Below, one piece after another: positions 19,334 through 29,199 of a stretch of DNA of 64,000 nucleotides. The position numbers and the translations under genes are program-made. Under the pieces are notes generated by a model. It was not told the origin of the DNA. It did no database searches and worked only from the letters and a program-made list of their open reading frames with translations. Each line of letters starts with the position of its first letter. Within the stretch, counting starts at the first letter, position 1. Source of the stretch: Polyangiaceae bacterium (GTDB lineage Bacteria > Myxococcota_A > Polyangia > Polyangiales > Polyangiaceae); NCBI GenBank assembly GCA_016712345.1, contig JADJRH010000002.1:72466-136465 (forward strand), in the 5' to 3' direction.

Positions 19334-20238
19334 TGGCGAAGCGCAAAACTGCGGCTGTCACATACCCGTTTGTGGCCGTAGACGTTCGAGAAGAGTACGC
19401 AGGCGAGATCGCGACGCTCCTCTTTGAACAGGGGGCCACGGGCATTGAAGAGCGCGACGATCAAACGCTGAAAAAAGGTCCGGGCCGCGGCGCAGTGACG
19501 GTGGTCGGCGCGTTTGACTCGGTTCGCGAGGCGCGGGCCGCGATCAAAGCCGTGCGCGCATCGCGTCCGATCCTGAAGCCGCGCCTCGAAGAAGTTGTCG
19601 GCGATGCATGGCGCGACGCTTGGAAGGAGCACTTCGCTCCGTTCGCGCTCACTTCGCAGGTGGTTGTGGCTCCGCCGTGGTCGATCCCCGACGCGAAGCC
19701 GGGAACACGTGTACTCATTCTCGAACCGGGTCGAGCGTTTGGCACCGGGCTGCACGCGACCACTTCGCTTGTTGCAACTCTGCTGCAAAAACACGCGGCG
19801 CGGCTTGCGGGCAAAACGGTTCTCGATGTTGGCACGGGCAGTGGCATTCTTGCGCTGACAGCGCTCGTGCTCGGCGCGGTGCGTGCCGTTGCGCTCGACG
19901 TGGATCCGGACAGCGTGAGCGTTGCGATCGAAAACGCGGCGCGCAATTCGCTTTCGGACCGTGTTGAAGCGCGCATTGGATCGGCGCACGACGCCGGTGG
20001 CCGCTACCCGGTGGTGCTGGCCAACATTGAAGCGCGTGTACTCGGGCCGATGGCTCCCGATCTGTTCGCCACACTCTTGCCCGGCGGATTGCTCGTTCTT
20101 TCGGGAATTTTGGGCAACGAGCACGACGCCATGGTGGCTCGCTACGAAGCGCTCGGTCTGCGGCGGATCCAAACGGAGCGACGCGGCGAAGCCGCCGGTG
20201 AAGCCTGGGTTGCGATCGCGTTTGAACGCATCGCATGA
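19333..20238 (+). CDS. prmA: Ribosomal protein L11 methyltransferase
   Basis: GTG start overlapping the upstream TAG (taGTG). FGTGLHATTSLV and VLDVGTGSGILAL motifs. Confidence 0.85.
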   Translation: MAKRKTAAVTYPFVAVDVREEYAGEIATLLFEQGATGIEERDDQTLKKGPGRGAVTVVGAFDSVREARAAIKAVRASRPILKPRLEEVVGDAWRDAWKEHFAPFALTSQVVVAPPWSIPDAKPGTRVLILEPGRAFGTGLHATTSLVATLLQKHAARLAGKTVLDVGTGSGILALTALVLGAVRAVALDVDPDSVSVAIENAARNSLSDRVEARIGSAHDAGGRYPVVLANIEARVLGPMAPDLFATLLPGGLLVLSGILGNEHDAMVARYEALGLRRIQTERRGEAAGEAWVAIAFERIA

Positions 20239-21026
20239 GCGGCGCCGTGCAGAGGTTGTTGCGTGTTCCGGTGGAGCGGCTCGTTCCCGGGCCATGTGTA
20301 CTCTCCAAAGAAACGTCGGCGTATGTGGCTCGTGTACACAGGCTTCGCGAGGGTGACGCTGTCGTTGCTTTTGACCCCGAGCAGGCGGTTCAGGCGCACG
20401 CGGTCGTGTTGCGCATCGAAGACGCAGGCTATCGAGTGACGGTCGAGGTGAGTCCACCGGAGCCGGCAACCGTGGTGGCGTCGCGCCGGCTCACGCTGAT
20501 TCAAGCGATCGGCAAAGGGGACAAGATGGATGCGATCGTGCGCGATGCCACCGAACTCGGCGCGACGCACATCGTTCCGGTGATCTCAGAGCGCAGCGTG
20601 GTGAAACTCGGCGACGTGGGGGGGCGCCCGGCGCGATGGCGTCGAATTGCGGTGGAGGCGGCGAGGCAGAGCGGGCGGGGCGACGCGCCGCGCGTCGCCC
20701 CGCCCGCTCTGCTCGCCGCCGCCGTTTCCGAAGTGTACACATCGCCCGCACCCGGTCTTTGCGTGTGCCTCGCGCCGGGCGCCCCCCCGGTCCTCGGCGA
20801 TCTGTTCGCAGCGCTCGAGCCGACCGACGGGGTCACGATTGTGGTGGGCCCCGAAGGAGGCCTTTCGGAAGCGGAAGTGAATTTGTGTACACAATCCGGC
20901 TTCACCGCATGTGGGCTCGGCGGCTTTGTTCTGCGCACCGAAACCGTTTGTGCGGCCGTGCTCGGCGCATTGCTGATCGGCGCGCCGAGCCCCAAAGGCG
21001 CGCGGCAAAGCCCGTCGGATAGGTGA
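20235..21026 (+). CDS. rsmE: 16S rRNA (uracil1498-N3)-methyltransferase, RsmE family
   Basis: 4-bp overlap with prmA. PUA-like N-terminus. LIQAIGKGDKMD and C-terminal GPEGGLS motif. Confidence 0.8.
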   Translation: MSGAVQRLLRVPVERLVPGPCVLSKETSAYVARVHRLREGDAVVAFDPEQAVQAHAVVLRIEDAGYRVTVEVSPPEPATVVASRRLTLIQAIGKGDKMDAIVRDATELGATHIVPVISERSVVKLGDVGGRPARWRRIAVEAARQSGRGDAPRVAPPALLAAAVSEVYTSPAPGLCVCLAPGAPPVLGDLFAALEPTDGVTIVVGPEGGLSEAEVNLCTQSGFTACGLGGFVLRTETVCAAVLGALLIGAPSPKGARQSPSDR

Positions 21027-21062
21027 CGCGCGCATCGAAATCGGCGACGTTACGAGGGACGC

Positions 21063-22607
21063 ATGGGTGAGCGCGGGCCGGTGATTGAATGTAGCGACGT
21101 GACAATGCGCTTTGCGCGCACGCTTGCACTCGACGGCGCGTCGGCCGTGTTTTCGCCCGGTGAGATTCATGCGGTTGTGGGAGAAAACGGCGCTGGAAAG
21201 TCGACGCTGCTCAAACTCGCCGCGGGATCGCTCGCGCCGACTTCGGGCAGTGTGGCGGTGGGCGGCGAGCGGCTTCGGCCGGCAACGCCGGCCGAAGCCG
21301 CTCGCCGCCGTGTACTCATGGTCCACCAACATTTCATGTTGGTGGGCGCGTTCACAGCGCTTGAAAACCTAATGCTCGGCAATGAACCGGTGCAACAAGG
21401 CGGTGTACTCAACGAAGCGCGCGCGCGCCGCGAAGTGACGGCTCTCGCCGAAAAAACAGGTCTAACGGTGCCGTTTGATACCGTTGCCGATGCGCTCGGC
21501 GTGGGCGACAAACAGCGCCTTGAGATCCTGCGCGTGCTGTATCGCGGAGCGCTCGCGATTCTTCTCGACGAACCGACGGCGGTGCTCACGCCGCTGGAAG
21601 CCGACGAGCTTTACAAGGTGCTGCGTTCGCTCGCCGATGAGGGGCGCACGGTGGTGATTGTGACGCACCGTTTGGATGAGGTGGTGCGGTTTGCCGATCG
21701 CGTGACAGTGATGCGCCGCGGTCGCACGGTGCTCACCCGGCCTTTGGATCGAGCTTCAAACGCCGCATCGACCGAAGATCTGACGCGAGCAATCATGGGC
21801 CGCGAGCCGCCGCCGCCGTTTTCACCGCCGGATGTGGAGAGCGACGCGAAGATGGCGATCGAGATCCGTGCGCTCGGGTTTCAAGACGCGGCCGGTGTCA
21901 CGCGTCTTCGCGACATCACAATGTCGGTGCGCGCCGGCGAGATCGTTGGGATCGCAGGGGTGGAGGGCAACGGTCAGCGTGAATTGGTGCATGCGATCGC
22001 GGGCCTTTTGCCTTCGTGCTCGGGGTCGATCGCGGTTGCGGGAGAGCCGTTGCCGTTTGATGCCGACGAAGCGCGCGCGATTGCGGCACGGCGATCGGTT
22101 GTGCGCGTTGTTCACGAAGATCGCCACACCGAAGGGCTGCTTCTCGACGCGACGGTTGCCGACAATTTGGTTCTAGGCCAATTGGGTACTGTTTCGCGCG
22201 ATCACGAAGCGGAAGTGGTGAGTCGCCGCGTGAAGAGTTTTGGCATTGTTCCCGCGGATCCGTCGCGCCTCGCGGGCGAACTTTCGGGCGGCAATCAGCA
22301 AAAGATCGTGGTCGCGCGGGCGCTCGATGCCTTTCTTTCAAAAGGTACACAACCCGGTTGTGCGGTGGTGATTTCGCAGCCCACGCGCGGCGTGGATGTC
22401 GGCGCAGCTGCGGCCATTCACGAAGCGATTGGAAAAGCCGCCGCCGCGGGCCTGGGTGTACTCATTGTGAGCGCGGATCTCGCGGAGCTGCGGCAGCTCT
22501 GTCACCGCCTTCTCGTGATTCGAAAAGGGGAGATCGTGGCTGAATTTGCACCGTCGGCTTCGGAAGAAACGATCGGCCGCGCAATGCTCGGTGCGGAGGC
22601 CGCATGA
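21063..22607 (+). CDS. ABC transporter ATP-binding protein with duplicated ATPase domains (CUT2 / BMP-nucleoside type)
   Basis: Walker A GENGAGKSTLLK. Degenerate first signature and a second LSGGNQQKIVVARAL. Two Walker B. Confidence 0.85.
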   Translation: MGERGPVIECSDVTMRFARTLALDGASAVFSPGEIHAVVGENGAGKSTLLKLAAGSLAPTSGSVAVGGERLRPATPAEAARRRVLMVHQHFMLVGAFTALENLMLGNEPVQQGGVLNEARARREVTALAEKTGLTVPFDTVADALGVGDKQRLEILRVLYRGALAILLDEPTAVLTPLEADELYKVLRSLADEGRTVVIVTHRLDEVVRFADRVTVMRRGRTVLTRPLDRASNAASTEDLTRAIMGREPPPPFSPPDVESDAKMAIEIRALGFQDAAGVTRLRDITMSVRAGEIVGIAGVEGNGQRELVHAIAGLLPSCSGSIAVAGEPLPFDADEARAIAARRSVVRVVHEDRHTEGLLLDATVADNLVLGQLGTVSRDHEAEVVSRRVKSFGIVPADPSRLAGELSGGNQQKIVVARALDAFLSKGTQPGCAVVISQPTRGVDVGAAAAIHEAIGKAAAAGLGVLIVSADLAELRQLCHRLLVIRKGEIVAEFAPSASEETIGRAMLGAEAA

Positions 22608-23785
22608 ACGCGACGCTGCGCCGTTTCAAACAGCCCGCGCTTGTGGCGGTGATCGCGATTGCAGGCTTGTGGCTTGTGTTCAACCTGATCGCGTTTGCGT
22701 TTGCCGAGGCGCCGCTCGCCACGCTGGCCCGCGCGTGGGGCGGAACGTGGGGTACACCCTACGGGATTGGTCAGGTTCTCTTTAAGGCCACTCCGCTGAT
22801 TTTTACGGGGTACGCATTTCATATCGCGCAGCGCGCGGGGCTTTTTAACATTGGGGCTGAAGGGCAATTGGCCGCCGCGAGCCTCTGCGGTGGTGCGTTT
22901 GCCGCGCAGTTGCCGGCGTCGACGCCGATGCCGCTCGCCCTTCTTTCGGCGCTGCTTGTCGGCGCGATTGTGGGAGCGCTTGTGGCATTGCCACCCGCGG
23001 TCATGCGCGCCCGACTGGGTGTACACGAGGTCATTACCGCGATTATGATGAACCGCATTGTGGACGTGCTTGTGCCGTTCACTGTTGCGACGGTGCTCGG
23101 CGCGTCGTCGCTTCGAACGGCCGATGTGGTTTCGGGAGCCACTTTGCCGAGGCTCGACAAAGTGTTTGTCTCGCTGAGCGGCAGTGCGGCTTCAGCGGCC
23201 TTTCCACTCGCTGTTGCGCTTGTTGTGGCCCTTTATTTTTGGCTCGGTCGATCGAGGCCGGGCCGCGAAATGCAGTGGATTGGCAAAAGCGCGGAGGCCT
23301 GTCGCGCCGAGGGCATCTCCGTGAGAAATAGGCTTATCTTGGCAATGCTCTTGTCGGGGGCTTTTGCCGGATTGGGCATGAGCGCGACGGTGCTTGGATA
23401 CAAGGGTTATTTTGAAGTTGGGCTCGGATCGGGAGCCGGATTTGCGGGAATTGCTGTGGCGCTGTTGGGGCGCGGCCACCCGATTGGCATTGTGCTCGCG
23501 GCCCTCTTTTTTGGCACTCTTGAACAGGCGGGATTGGCCATTAACGCGCGGGTGCCCAAAGAGGCAATGACAGTGCTGGAAGCGGTGGCGATCGTGCTTG
23601 TTTCGGCGGCGGGCAGAGTGTCAATCTCCAACACCGAACAACCGGCCAATTCGGCTTCGAATGAAGGTGATTCGAGCAAGAGTGAGGCTCAAGGCGGGGG
23701 CCCAGACGGGCCGGAAAAAGGCTCAACGCGACAAAGCCCCAAAACAAAACCAGACACAGAGTTTGCCGAGGTGACACCGTCATGA
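22604..23785 (+). CDS. ABC transporter permease (BPD_transp_2 family) with a hydrophilic C-terminal tail
   Basis: 4-bp overlap with the ATPase gene. About 9 TM helices. Family-typical conserved loop. Confidence 0.8.
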   Translation: MNATLRRFKQPALVAVIAIAGLWLVFNLIAFAFAEAPLATLARAWGGTWGTPYGIGQVLFKATPLIFTGYAFHIAQRAGLFNIGAEGQLAAASLCGGAFAAQLPASTPMPLALLSALLVGAIVGALVALPPAVMRARLGVHEVITAIMMNRIVDVLVPFTVATVLGASSLRTADVVSGATLPRLDKVFVSLSGSAASAAFPLAVALVVALYFWLGRSRPGREMQWIGKSAEACRAEGISVRNRLILAMLLSGAFAGLGMSATVLGYKGYFEVGLGSGAGFAGIAVALLGRGHPIGIVLAALFFGTLEQAGLAINARVPKEAMTVLEAVAIVLVSAAGRVSISNTEQPANSASNEGDSSKSEAQGGGPDGPEKGSTRQSPKTKPDTEFAEVTPS

Positions 23786-24681
23786 GCGGCGTTTTTTCGC
23801 TGACAATGGTGGCCGAGTCACTCCGCATTTCGGCGCCGTATGTGTGTGCGGCTATGGGGGGCATTTGGGCCGAAAAGAGCGGTGTTGTTCAAATTGGCCT
23901 TGAAGGGGTGTTGCTCACAAGCGCTTTTGCGAGTGTGGCCGCCGCTGCTGCAACTCAAAGCGCGGTGATTGGCTTGTTGACAGGCGTATGCGCAGGAGCG
24001 TTGTTGTCTTTGGGGCACGCTTTGCTGGTGGAAAAGGCCAAAGTTCACGCCATGGTGAGCGGCATTGCACTCAATCTGCTCGCGTACGCCGGGACGCGAT
24101 TGGCACTGAGAGGCCTGTATGACAGCGCATCCAACTCACCTGCGATTGAGGGGTTTCGGTTTGGGCCGGTGGGAGCTTCCGGTGGTGCGCTGCTTGGAAG
24201 GGTATTTGCCGACCCGGTGACGCTTGTGGCTATTTTAATGGCAGTTGCAACTCCGTGGCTCCTTAAAAAAACCCGGTTTGGACTGCGTGTGCGGGCCGCC
24301 GGCGAAAACCCGGATGCGCTGAGTGCGGTGGGAGCGAGTGTCACCAAAATTCGCAGTTATGCCCTCCTTTTGTCGGGTGTGGCCTGTGGTCTGGGAGGTG
24401 TACACCTCGCATTTGACCAACATCGGTTTGAGTCGGGCATGTCCAACGGACGTGGGTTTATTGCCCTCGCCGCGGTTGTTGTTTCGGGGTGGAGAGCCGG
24501 GTATGCGGTGCTTGCCTGTTTGGCATTTGGAGCGCTCGAAGCCCTTCAAATCGTGCTTCAAGACGACTTGCGAAAGTCGCGCGGGGGCGACCTGATTCAA
24601 CTGCTTCCGTATGTGGCAACACTGCTTGTGTTGGCTGTGGCCGCGGGCAAATCAAACGCTCCAAAAGCTCTGGGGAAGTAG
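23782..24681 (+). CDS. ABC transporter permease (BPD_transp_2 family), second subunit
   Basis: 4-bp overlap with the upstream gene. Multi-TM protein paralogous to the upstream permease. Confidence 0.8.
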   Translation: MSGVFSLTMVAESLRISAPYVCAAMGGIWAEKSGVVQIGLEGVLLTSAFASVAAAAATQSAVIGLLTGVCAGALLSLGHALLVEKAKVHAMVSGIALNLLAYAGTRLALRGLYDSASNSPAIEGFRFGPVGASGGALLGRVFADPVTLVAILMAVATPWLLKKTRFGLRVRAAGENPDALSAVGASVTKIRSYALLLSGVACGLGGVHLAFDQHRFESGMSNGRGFIALAAVVVSGWRAGYAVLACLAFGALEALQIVLQDDLRKSRGGDLIQLLPYVATLLVLAVAAGKSNAPKALGK

Positions 24682-24733
24682 CGCTGTTGCGACAATCTCT
24701 TGCCCACGGCGGCAAGTGGCGCCGACAGGAGCT

Positions 24734-25132
24734 TTATTTGGCACTCAGCAGATCGACAAGCAGTCGCAGCGCGTCGATTGTTGTAAAAACACCTACGACT
24801 TCGCCATTTTCAATAACGGCGGCGGAGCCGATTTTGCGAGTTGCCATGTCAAATGCCACGTCGCGGACAAGCGCATTGGGGGCGACGGAATACGGTTCTA
24901 CAAGGCTGAAATCTTCAACGGTACACCCGGCCGAATTAAAGCCCTGCATGTTTTCAAGAGCGCGCAACTCACGCTCGGAAACAAGGCCTACGAGCTTTGA
25001 ACCATCGACAACGGGAAGGTGCCGAAAGCCGCGCTCCTCCATGATTTTGAGCGCTTCGGCGAGTGTTGTGCGCCGATCGACCGTGATCGGACTTTTGGTC
25101 ATGTGATCGCGAATGTGAAGGTCGAGGCTCAT
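24734..25132 (-). CDS. CBS-domain pair protein
   Basis: 132 aa. Two CBS-like repeats (FRHLPVVDGSKLVGLVSEREL; GSAAVIENGEVVGVFTTIDAL). Confidence 0.7.
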   Translation of the reverse strand: MSLDLHIRDHMTKSPITVDRRTTLAEALKIMEERGFRHLPVVDGSKLVGLVSERELRALENMQGFNSAGCTVEDFSLVEPYSVAPNALVRDVAFDMATRKIGSAAVIENGEVVGVFTTIDALRLLVDLLSAK

Positions 25133-25249
25133 GTTTCGGCTCTACCTCCATCAAACATCGCCCTCAAGAGCCGCGGCGGCGTGCGCCACGATTGCGCGAC
25201 ATCGCGGTGGTCAATCAGTTTGAATTGAAACTGTCGGCCCCCGCGGGCC

Positions 25250-25846
25250 ATGATGAAATTGATGAAATGGCAGGGGTATCGGCTTGCGCGGGGATTGGCT
25301 GCGCTGCTCGCGTGTTTAACAGGCTGCGGGGGATTGCCGCCGAATGTACCGCGCGTGGGGGAGTTTGATGCGCGTCGGTTAAACGGCGGATGGCATGTCC
25401 TCGCGTCGACATTTCCCATGTGGCTTGAAGGGAAGAAGACAGATCCAAACTTTATTTATCGGGTGATCGATGGAACATCCCCGGTGGAATTGGACGACAC
25501 CGTTGCGTACACCGAGGGCGGCCGGCGCGAAACGATCGAAGGAATCGACACGCAGGAGTCCACTTTTCCAACTCACTTTACCTGGAGGGGAAAAGGCCTC
25601 TTGGCCGCATTTTCAAGCGATTGGGTGGTTGTTTCCACCGGACCCGAAGATCGATACGTGGTGCTTTATTTTACCAAAACGTTGGTCACTCCCGAAGGTG
25701 TGGATGTGATTGCGCGTACACCCACGCTGAGCGAACCGGATCGCAAAGCGGTTGAAACGCTCTTGCGAAATGATCCTTTTTTGAAGGACAAATCGCGTCA
25801 AATTGTGTGGCTTGGGAAGGCGGGCTCAAAGCGGGACAGCCCGTAA
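25250..25846 (+). CDS. Bacterial lipocalin (Blc-like) lipoprotein
   Basis: Lipobox LLACLTGCG. FDARRLNGGWHVLAS matches the lipocalin FD..R..G.W motif. About 190 aa. Confidence 0.6.
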   Translation: MMKLMKWQGYRLARGLAALLACLTGCGGLPPNVPRVGEFDARRLNGGWHVLASTFPMWLEGKKTDPNFIYRVIDGTSPVELDDTVAYTEGGRRETIEGIDTQESTFPTHFTWRGKGLLAAFSSDWVVVSTGPEDRYVVLYFTKTLVTPEGVDVIARTPTLSEPDRKAVETLLRNDPFLKDKSRQIVWLGKAGSKRDSP

Positions 25847-25888
25847 TATCCAGCGCTGTTGCGAATGTGCGGGCAGGACTGACCTCAC

Positions 25889-28792
25889 GTGAGACGTGAT
25901 TTGCAGCGCCGCACAGATGATAATGCGCCGATGGAGCTTTCACCCGGTGCGGCGTTTGCACGGTACACCGTGGAAGCCGCGCTTGGCGGTGGCGGCATGG
26001 GCCATGTGTACCGCGCGTTCGACACGCAACTGCATCGGCGGGTGGCGCTCAAAATCCTCCATGACGCAAACGCAAAAGGGGATGCGGCGGCGACCGCAAT
26101 TCTTCGCGAAGCGCGCGCGGCGGCGGCGCTCAATCATCTGCACGTCGTCACTGTTTTTGAAGTGAGCGAGTTTGAAGGCGTGCCGTTTATGGCGATGGAG
26201 CTTGTTCAAGGCACATCGCTGCGGCAACTCATCGGCCGCGGGTCGATCTCGATTGGCCGGAAAATCAAGTGGCTGACGCAGGTGGCCGATGCGCTCGCGG
26301 CAGCTCACGAAGCGGGCATTGTGCACCTCGACGTGAAACCCGAAAACGTGATCGTTCGCGAAGACGACCTCGTGAAGGTGCTCGATTTCGGTATTGCGCG
26401 TCGCAGAAGTTTTGACCCCGAAAAGTGGTTGCCCACCAATGTTCCGCCGAGTGATTTGGCCCTTCTAAACACGCTCACAAATGGCAACGGCGCGATCGTT
26501 GGAACGCCGCGCTACATGGCACCGGAGCAAATCGGCGGCAGCGCTCTGTCGAGTCACACAGACCAGTTTGCGTGGGGTGTTGTTGCCTTTGAGTTGTTCA
26601 CCGGCAAAAGCCCGTGGCCGCCCGGTGATGACCTGTATTCGTTGTTTTCAAACATTGTTCGAGCGAAGCCGCCGGACCTTCGGTCGTACGTTCCCGAGTT
26701 GCCCGATGAAGTGGTGCGCGTTGTCGAGCGGGCCATGAGCAAGCCGCGTGAAGATCGCTTTCCGGCAATGGGAGATGTGGTGCGCTCGCTGCGCCCATTT
26801 CTCGCGGAAACAAGCGGTTTGGCGTCGTCCGATTTGGCCTTTCGTCCTGTCGCTTCCGATGAAATGCCAACGCTTCGAGCCGATGCGACGGCGCCCACGG
26901 TGGATGTGGCTTCGCTGCCTATTTCGCTTCCGGTGGCCGACAAAGATCGATCCACCGCCGAAACGATCGATGCGATTTCGCTGCCCGGCGTGGCAAAAAA
27001 AGCGGCTGCAGAAACGCTGCGCGCCGCTGAGAACGTGGCTGCGCCGAGTGTACACCACACGGGTGCACCGGTGACGCAGCCCACGGGTTCGCAACTTACG
27101 CAACGATCGGGAATGCCTGCGGAGCCTGCAAACGCCGCCATTTCCAATCGCCGTGTGTTGGGGCTTGCGGCGGCGTTATGTACACTTTTGCTCGGCGTTT
27201 GGTTTTTTACGCGTGACAAATCCGTGGCCGCTCCGCCGGGGCCCCCGCGTCTCACAAGCTGTACCGACGCCGCCGAGCGAACATTTGCCGCGGCGACGCG
27301 CGCGCAACGAAGTGGCAATTGGCAAAGTGCCCGTCAGCTTTTTCAAGAAACAACAACGATTGATCCGGAGTGTGCGCCGGCGCACGCGCGTTTGGTGGTA
27401 ATTGGCTATTGGACAGATCCACCTTCAAAAACGCGTGATGCAATGCGGCTTGCGCTCGATCTGAAAGAAAAGCTCCCCGAGCGCGACGGTGAACTATTGC
27501 ATTGTTATGAGTCGGTGTTGTGGAATACACCGCCTGATAAAAAGGCATTTTCAAGCTGCCTTGTTTCTTTGTCAGATGCTCATCCGGGCGACGCTGAACT
27601 CGCATATATCGCTTCAGACTTTGCGCCTACGCCGGCAAAAATGAGGGAATTGGCGGAGCGGGCCCTTTCAATTGACCCTCACTATTCAGACGCCTACCAG
27701 GCACTTGCGGCGGCTCTTGCGCGTGAAAACAACGAGGAAGGTGCGCTGAATGCGCTCGCAAAGTGCGTTGAAAAAAACACCACTTCAATGGATTGTTTGG
27801 CACAGCGGGCGTTGCTTCTGCGGCACTTGGGTCGATGTTCAGATCTCGAATCCACGGGTAGAGCGTGGATTGCGCGCAGCAGTGAGTCAACAGGGGCTCA
27901 TTACACGCTCGCGTCGGCGCTCGCCGCGCTCCAAAAGCCAAAGGCCGCGGTGGAAGAGGCGCTTGTGACTCGTTGGGCCCATTTGGCCGGCTCCTCGGAT
28001 GCGGGCAGTGAACCGTTGGAGCGAACAGCGTTGTCGGCGTTGTTTGGTGATTTGGCGGGGGCTCGCAAACAGGCAGTCGGCGTTTTCGACAAGGCGCAGG
28101 GGGCCGCCGATTCCGACGACCGAGTGGATGCGGCGCTGTGGCTTATTGAACTCGACCTGGAGACAGGCAATGTGGATCAGGCCACAACGTTTGCAGCCGA
28201 CTTATTTCAACGAAAAGCGGCGTGGGACGCGGCATCGCGGCATCGCGGTTTTAATTCAAAAGCGGCTCTTTTTGAGCCGACTCTGCTGCGGGTGTTGGGG
28301 CTGAAAAACGGCCTTGTCAAAAGCGAACACAAAGAGGCACTTTCAGCGTGGAATACGCGCATGAAGGATACTGCCACCCTCCATCAAGAAGGCATTTGGG
28401 TGCTCGGTACGGCGCTGCTCGCAAACACACCCGAGCAGGCCGAAAAAGCTCTCGAAACAATGCCACCTTCAATCACATCTGAAACAAGTTGGATCAGTGA
28501 ACTTCCGGGCCTGATCACGTACGCTTATGCCGCAAAAACGCTTCTACTGGCCGGGAAAACAGATCTTGCATTGCCACTTTTAAAGCGGGCTGTTGCGTCG
28601 TGTACATCGCTTGAAGATCCCCTTTTGCACACGCAGGCAACTCTGTGGTTGGGACAGGCACTTGCGAAAACAGGCAATCTGCAAGAGGCGTGTGCCGCAT
28701 TTACCAGCGTTCAAGCTCAATGGCCGGCAACATCCGGCTCACTCACAAGGCAGTCGGCCGAAGAGCAAATCAAAGCACTCAGTTGCAAGTAG
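25889..28792 (+). CDS. Ser/Thr protein kinase with a TM segment and a long C-terminal TPR-repeat domain
   Basis: GGGGMGHVYRA, VALKIL, HLDVKPENVIV, DFGIAR, GTPRYMAPEQ. The C-terminal 500 aa is TPR/Ala-rich. Confidence 0.85.
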   Translation: MRRDLQRRTDDNAPMELSPGAAFARYTVEAALGGGGMGHVYRAFDTQLHRRVALKILHDANAKGDAAATAILREARAAAALNHLHVVTVFEVSEFEGVPFMAMELVQGTSLRQLIGRGSISIGRKIKWLTQVADALAAAHEAGIVHLDVKPENVIVREDDLVKVLDFGIARRRSFDPEKWLPTNVPPSDLALLNTLTNGNGAIVGTPRYMAPEQIGGSALSSHTDQFAWGVVAFELFTGKSPWPPGDDLYSLFSNIVRAKPPDLRSYVPELPDEVVRVVERAMSKPREDRFPAMGDVVRSLRPFLAETSGLASSDLAFRPVASDEMPTLRADATAPTVDVASLPISLPVADKDRSTAETIDAISLPGVAKKAAAETLRAAENVAAPSVHHTGAPVTQPTGSQLTQRSGMPAEPANAAISNRRVLGLAAALCTLLLGVWFFTRDKSVAAPPGPPRLTSCTDAAERTFAAATRAQRSGNWQSARQLFQETTTIDPECAPAHARLVVIGYWTDPPSKTRDAMRLALDLKEKLPERDGELLHCYESVLWNTPPDKKAFSSCLVSLSDAHPGDAELAYIASDFAPTPAKMRELAERALSIDPHYSDAYQALAAALARENNEEGALNALAKCVEKNTTSMDCLAQRALLLRHLGRCSDLESTGRAWIARSSESTGAHYTLASALAALQKPKAAVEEALVTRWAHLAGSSDAGSEPLERTALSALFGDLAGARKQAVGVFDKAQGAADSDDRVDAALWLIELDLETGNVDQATTFAADLFQRKAAWDAASRHRGFNSKAALFEPTLLRVLGLKNGLVKSEHKEALSAWNTRMKDTATLHQEGIWVLGTALLANTPEQAEKALETMPPSITSETSWISELPGLITYAYAAKTLLLAGKTDLALPLLKRAVASCTSLEDPLLHTQATLWLGQALAKTGNLQEACAAFTSVQAQWPATSGSLTRQSAEEQIKALSCK

Positions 28793-28905
28793 CCCATTCG
28801 ATATGGACGCCGCGCCTCAGGTGGCGTGACGTGGCAGGTCGTTGCGGGGCGTTCAATCATTTTCAGTATTGGAGAAAATCGACAGTCACGATAATGCTTG
28901 TGCGC

Positions 28906-29199
28906 ATGGCGAAAAAGACGCAGTCGCACGGGAACAAGACCGCTCAATCTACTGCCAAAAACGCTGCAATGCCGCCCATTCGGCTTGAAACGGTGACATC
29001 GCTTGAGGCCGGTGAGTACACCGACGAGCTGGACCCGTTGGCCGCACACACCAACTCAGCCCGTCCGCCCAATCGGTATGAAGCGCGTCCGCCCAATCGG
29101 TATGAAGCGCGTCCGCCCAATCGGTATGAAGCGCGTCCGCCCAATCGGTATGAGGCGCGCCCGCCCAATCGGTATGAAGTAGTTACTCCCGCGCACTGA
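28906..29199 (+). CDS. Small Lys-rich protein ending in five tandem RPPNRYEA octapeptide repeats (hypothetical)
   Basis: ATG at 28906 in frame with ORF 28645..29199. Coding-like GC3. Overlaps the 3' end of the convergent gene by 17 nt. Confidence 0.35.
   Translation: MAKKTQSHGNKTAQSTAKNAAMPPIRLETVTSLEAGEYTDELDPLAAHTNSARPPNRYEARPPNRYEARPPNRYEARPPNRYEARPPNRYEVVTPAH
29056..29175 (+). repeat. 24-bp perfect tandem repeat x5 (cgtccgcccaatcggtatgaagcg)
   Basis: Five near-identical units read directly. They encode RPPNRYEA on the + strand and GGRASYRL on the - strand. Confidence 0.9.

Noticed and set aside
24489-25106. ORF 24489..25106(+) of 205 aa overlapping the CBS-domain gene
   Set aside because: It is Ser/Arg-rich with no motifs and is the antisense frame of the CBS-pair gene 24734..25132(-), which has clear CBS repeats.
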